A stretch of 35,875 nucleotides of DNA, from positions 1 through 35,875 of the forward strand of contig JAHJAQ010000117.1 of the NCBI GenBank assembly GCA_018813975.1. The letters are read 5' to 3'. Shown here piece after piece: positions 33,182 to 35,875 of this stretch. The notes below the pieces were generated by a model. That model ran no database searches. It had not been told where the DNA came from and saw only the letters and a list, made by a program, of their open reading frames with translations. The stretch is from Candidatus Micrarchaeota archaeon (GTDB lineage Archaea; Iainarchaeota; Iainarchaeia; Iainarchaeales; JAGVWC01). The first letter of the stretch is position 1; every line of letters starts with the position of its first letter. The position numbers and the translations under genes are program-made.

Positions 33182-34894
33182 TTATTCCTCCTTTGGCTTG
33201 ACTAAAGCGCTTTCTTTTAAAAAATCCGGGACAAAATCTTTTTGCATCCAATCCACTACTTTTTCTTCATCCATATAATATTCCGCCATAATTCTTCCCA
33301 CTAATTGTACATTGTGAATATTGTGTTTGACCATCCAATCCAATATTTTTTGTTTGGTATCCAGTTCTTTTTCCATGGTTTGTTGATTCATGCCCGTATG
33401 CAAGCTTAATTCATCCAAAAATCGAATGCTATCTGCGTTTTTTACAATTTCATCAGTAGCCGGTTTCCAACGATACAATACATTGGCGTGTAATACATCA
33501 TCCGCTCCTCTTTTTTCAGGTACTAATTCGGATAGTTGGAGTACTCTTCTAACTCCTAGTCGTCGGTTTCGAAACATAACTAGGTTTAAGTGAACCGCTT
33601 CGAGCATGGTGGCAGGTACATTAACAGGTGGATTAATAAGCCTTCGAATGGTTTCTTGAGAAGTATTCGCGTGAAACGTAGTATATACCGAGTGGCCCGT
33701 GTGCATTCCCTCAAACATTACTTCTGCTTCTTTTTGTCGCCTAACCTCTCCCACAATTAGTCTATCGGGGCGCATGCGCAAACTATTTACAAGCAAATCC
33801 AGCATTTCCACGCCTCCTTTTCCTTCTGCGCTTGGTTCTCTGGTTGTCATGGGCACCCAATGCAAAAATTCCGGGAGTTGAATTTCTCTGGTGTCCTCTA
33901 TGGATATAATTCTATGATTGGGTTGGACAAAGGGCAGCATTACATTTAGAATGCTGGTTTTGCCGCTAGCAGTTCCCCCTGAAATCAGAATGTTCATTTC
34001 GTATTGCATGGCCAGCCAGACTAAGGCCATGATTTCGCTGTTAACGGTTTTGTTTCGAATAAAATCGGTTACGGTCCAAGGATCTCTGCGAAACCTTCGA
34101 ATGGTAATGGTATTTCCCCTGCTTGAAATGGGAAACAAGGTAGCGTTTGCTCGGTCTCCGGTTATTAAGTGGGCATCTAATAAGGGATTGAGGGTAGTGA
34201 TTTGTTTTCCCACTCTTCTTGCAATAATGCTTGCAAAGTTTTGAATTTCTTCTTCTGGTTGAATAAAAATATTGGTTTTTAACCATCCAAACTTTTTGTT
34301 GTACACCCAAATTGCTTCGCGCGCTGAATTCACTACTATTTCTTCTAGGTTTCCATCGGCTAATAAGAATTCTATTTTGCCCAAGCCCAGCATTTCGTGT
34401 AACAAAATAGTAATGAGAATTTTTTTGGTGTCGTTATCTACGTGGGGTAATTCCTGTTCGAGGATTTTACTGGCTCTTCCTTCAAATTTTTCTTTGAGGG
34501 CGCGAATAAATTTGGGGTCTAGCATTTTTTCGGTTCGAATTGTGGCATCACTAATAATCGTGTTTTTGAGATTGTTCAATAAGGCGCGCGTTCCAGGACC
34601 GTATTCGGGGAAATTCAAAAAATATTCTAGTACAAAATCGCCCGGGCGTTGAATAATATCAACCTCTATATCCACACCATCTACCACATTTTTGTAGGAT
34701 TCAATTACAATTTCTGGTTTGGTGAGAACAGTTCGAATAAGACCTTTTTCTTCTCTTCTGCCTGCGCTTAATAATTGTTGCGCGGTTTTAGCATCTACCC
34801 CGAGCTCTTTTAGGTTTTTGAGAATGCTTTCATCACTAGCACCTTTTTGAATCATCGCGCGAATGATTGGAATCGTGTTTCCTTGGTCGGTCAT
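33182..34894 (-). CDS. Type II/IV secretion-family assembly ATPase (TadA/CpaF / ArlI-PilB-like)
   Basis: Walker A ISGGTASGKTS; Asp box IISIEDTREI; Walker B RMRPDRLIVGEVR; His box TGHSVYTTFHA. The start is taken at ATG 34894 (MTDQGN...), which forms an ATGA overlap with the upstream gene stop. The tracked start at 34906 is the alternative. Confidence 0.85.
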   Translation of the reverse strand: MTDQGNTIPIIRAMIQKGASDESILKNLKELGVDAKTAQQLLSAGRREEKGLIRTVLTKPEIVIESYKNVVDGVDIEVDIIQRPGDFVLEYFLNFPEYGPGTRALLNNLKNTIISDATIRTEKMLDPKFIRALKEKFEGRASKILEQELPHVDNDTKKILITILLHEMLGLGKIEFLLADGNLEEIVVNSAREAIWVYNKKFGWLKTNIFIQPEEEIQNFASIIARRVGKQITTLNPLLDAHLITGDRANATLFPISSRGNTITIRRFRRDPWTVTDFIRNKTVNSEIMALVWLAMQYEMNILISGGTASGKTSILNVMLPFVQPNHRIISIEDTREIQLPEFLHWVPMTTREPSAEGKGGVEMLDLLVNSLRMRPDRLIVGEVRRQKEAEVMFEGMHTGHSVYTTFHANTSQETIRRLINPPVNVPATMLEAVHLNLVMFRNRRLGVRRVLQLSELVPEKRGADDVLHANVLYRWKPATDEIVKNADSIRFLDELSLHTGMNQQTMEKELDTKQKILDWMVKHNIHNVQLVGRIMAEYYMDEEKVVDWMQKDFVPDFLKESALVKPKEE

Positions 34895-35875
34895 TTCTTT
34901 CCCCATTTCTTTTTTCTAGTTCTAGCGTACTCCAAATCTACAATGTGACTGGGCCCAAAAGCCGAGTATTCTTGAATAAGCAAGTTGCTTTCTTCTAAAA
35001 TATCCACAACTTCTTTTACGCCTCTTTTATCCATTTTTAGTTCTTTGGCCAGTTCATCCAGTTTAATGCTTCCTCTTTCTCGAATAATCTCTAATATCTT
35101 GTCGAAATCGGTAATTAATTCTTTCTTTTCCAGTTCTTTTTCAATTCCCACTGGTTTTTTGCTTTTTTTCATGGGGGAAAACGGAATTTCAAATTTTTCC
35201 GGTGTTATTCGAATAGTTCCACTCGAGGTAGCCGGCTGGATTAAACCCACTAGCTTGGTAAACCCTTCTAACACGCGATTGGCGTCAATCGCACGAATGT
35301 TTTGTTCTACCTCGCTTCTAGACAACATATTTTTTTGCAATAACTCTTCAATCATAGATTGTAATTGTTTTATTTGTTGCGGATCTACTTTTCCAGCCGA
35401 TTTGTGATCAATCAATTTTTTGAGTTCTTCAATATCTTCTTTTCGAATGTGTACGGGATCGCTTGGAACCGAAATCCGTTTCACTACTTTTGTTTCTCGA
35501 ATTGGATGGGAAACGGGTCTTTGTTCTTTTTCATTTTTTGGTTTCATTCCGACTACTTCTTTTTCCATTTCTTGGAGTTGTATTTTTTCCACTTTTCTTG
35601 CCAATTGTCGTTCTTTTTTGAGTTGTGCCCTAATTTTATTTTCTTTTTTGGTTGGGGGTGATATGGGCGTTTCTTTCGGTTCTTCTATTTCCGGTTCTGT
35701 TTCTCTTGAAGGCAATTCTATTACTTGGCGTCTTTTAATTTCTTCTAATATTTCGCGCTGAATGATTTCTCGCTTGGACAAAACGGTTTTTGGTTTTGGA
35801 ATTCTTATTTTTTGGACTGGTCTTTGATCGGAAAAAATTGGTTTGTATTTGGTGGTAGTAATAATTTTTTGAACG
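34891..35875 (-). CDS. Charged (K/E-rich) protein with C-terminal winged-helix domain; 5' end not defined within the window
   Basis: C-terminus DFDKILEIIRERGSIKLDELAKELKMDKRGVKEVVDILEESNLLIQEY looks like a wHTH. The tracked start (35781) is a TTG. I translated upstream and the frame stays open to the window edge (...VQKIITTTKYKPIFSDQRPVQKIRIPKPKTV-LSKRE), so the gene may begin outside the window. Confidence 0.45.
   Translation of the reverse strand, partial: VQKIITTTKYKPIFSDQRPVQKIRIPKPKTVLSKREIIQREILEEIKRRQVIELPSRETEPEIEEPKETPISPPTKKENKIRAQLKKERQLARKVEKIQLQEMEKEVVGMKPKNEKEQRPVSHPIRETKVVKRISVPSDPVHIRKEDIEELKKLIDHKSAGKVDPQQIKQLQSMIEELLQKNMLSRSEVEQNIRAIDANRVLEGFTKLVGLIQPATSSGTIRITPEKFEIPFSPMKKSKKPVGIEKELEKKELITDFDKILEIIRERGSIKLDELAKELKMDKRGVKEVVDILEESNLLIQEYSAFGPSHIVDLEYARTRKKKWGKK

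Noticed and set aside
1-35875. Looked for CRISPR arrays, tRNA/rRNA genes, transposases or IS ends, and known defence-system genes.
   Set aside because: No regularly spaced direct repeats are present. The intergenic regions are all under about 270 bp and show no cloverleaf-compatible sequence. No transposase or integrase-like ORF was seen. The only mobile element seen is the intein.

Overview
This is a low-GC, very tightly packed archaeal chromosome segment with many 1-4 nt gene overlaps and little non-coding DNA. Archaeal identity is supported by Pus10, a class III (type IV pilin-like) signal peptide, the thiolase/HMG-CoA synthase/DUF35 trio, a RecJ/GAN-type DHH nuclease, and TATA-like boxes 23-32 nt upstream of apparently leaderless ATGs. 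The compaction and gene content suggest a small-genome uncultivated (DPANN-like) lineage; this is inference only.

Content from left to right:
(i) A ~10 kb co-directional mevalonate (MVA) cluster on the minus strand: HMGCS, a small basic ORF, thiolase, DUF35, MVK, two SAM methyltransferases (one broken by an in-frame TAA), an HD hydrolase, MDD, PMK, a HAD phosphatase, and a truncated IDI-2.
(ii) PPDK.
(iii) A one-carbon/thymidylate block: SBP lipoprotein, SHMT, ACT protein, polytopic membrane protein, FolC and a divergent long ThyX. Pus10 and GGPP synthase follow.
(iv) A RecJ-like DHH nuclease carrying a 455-aa LAGLIDADG intein inside DHH motif I.
(v) A long coiled-coil protein and PEP synthase.
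(vi) A KaiC-like ATPase plus a P-loop-less paralogue, next to a Tad/Epd-like type IV pilus locus (pilin, two T2SS-F platform proteins, secretion ATPase, wHTH protein).

I saw no rRNA, tRNA, CRISPR array or transposase.

The best candidates for something undescribed are:
- the GC-rich methyltransferase/HD insert inside the MVA cluster;
- the extra ORF translationally coupled inside the HMGCS-thiolase-DUF35 operon;
- the KaiC-like/pseudo-KaiC pair attached to the pilus locus;
- the intein splitting the DxD metal site of the RecJ-like nuclease.

All functional calls come from reading motifs by eye. No database search was run.
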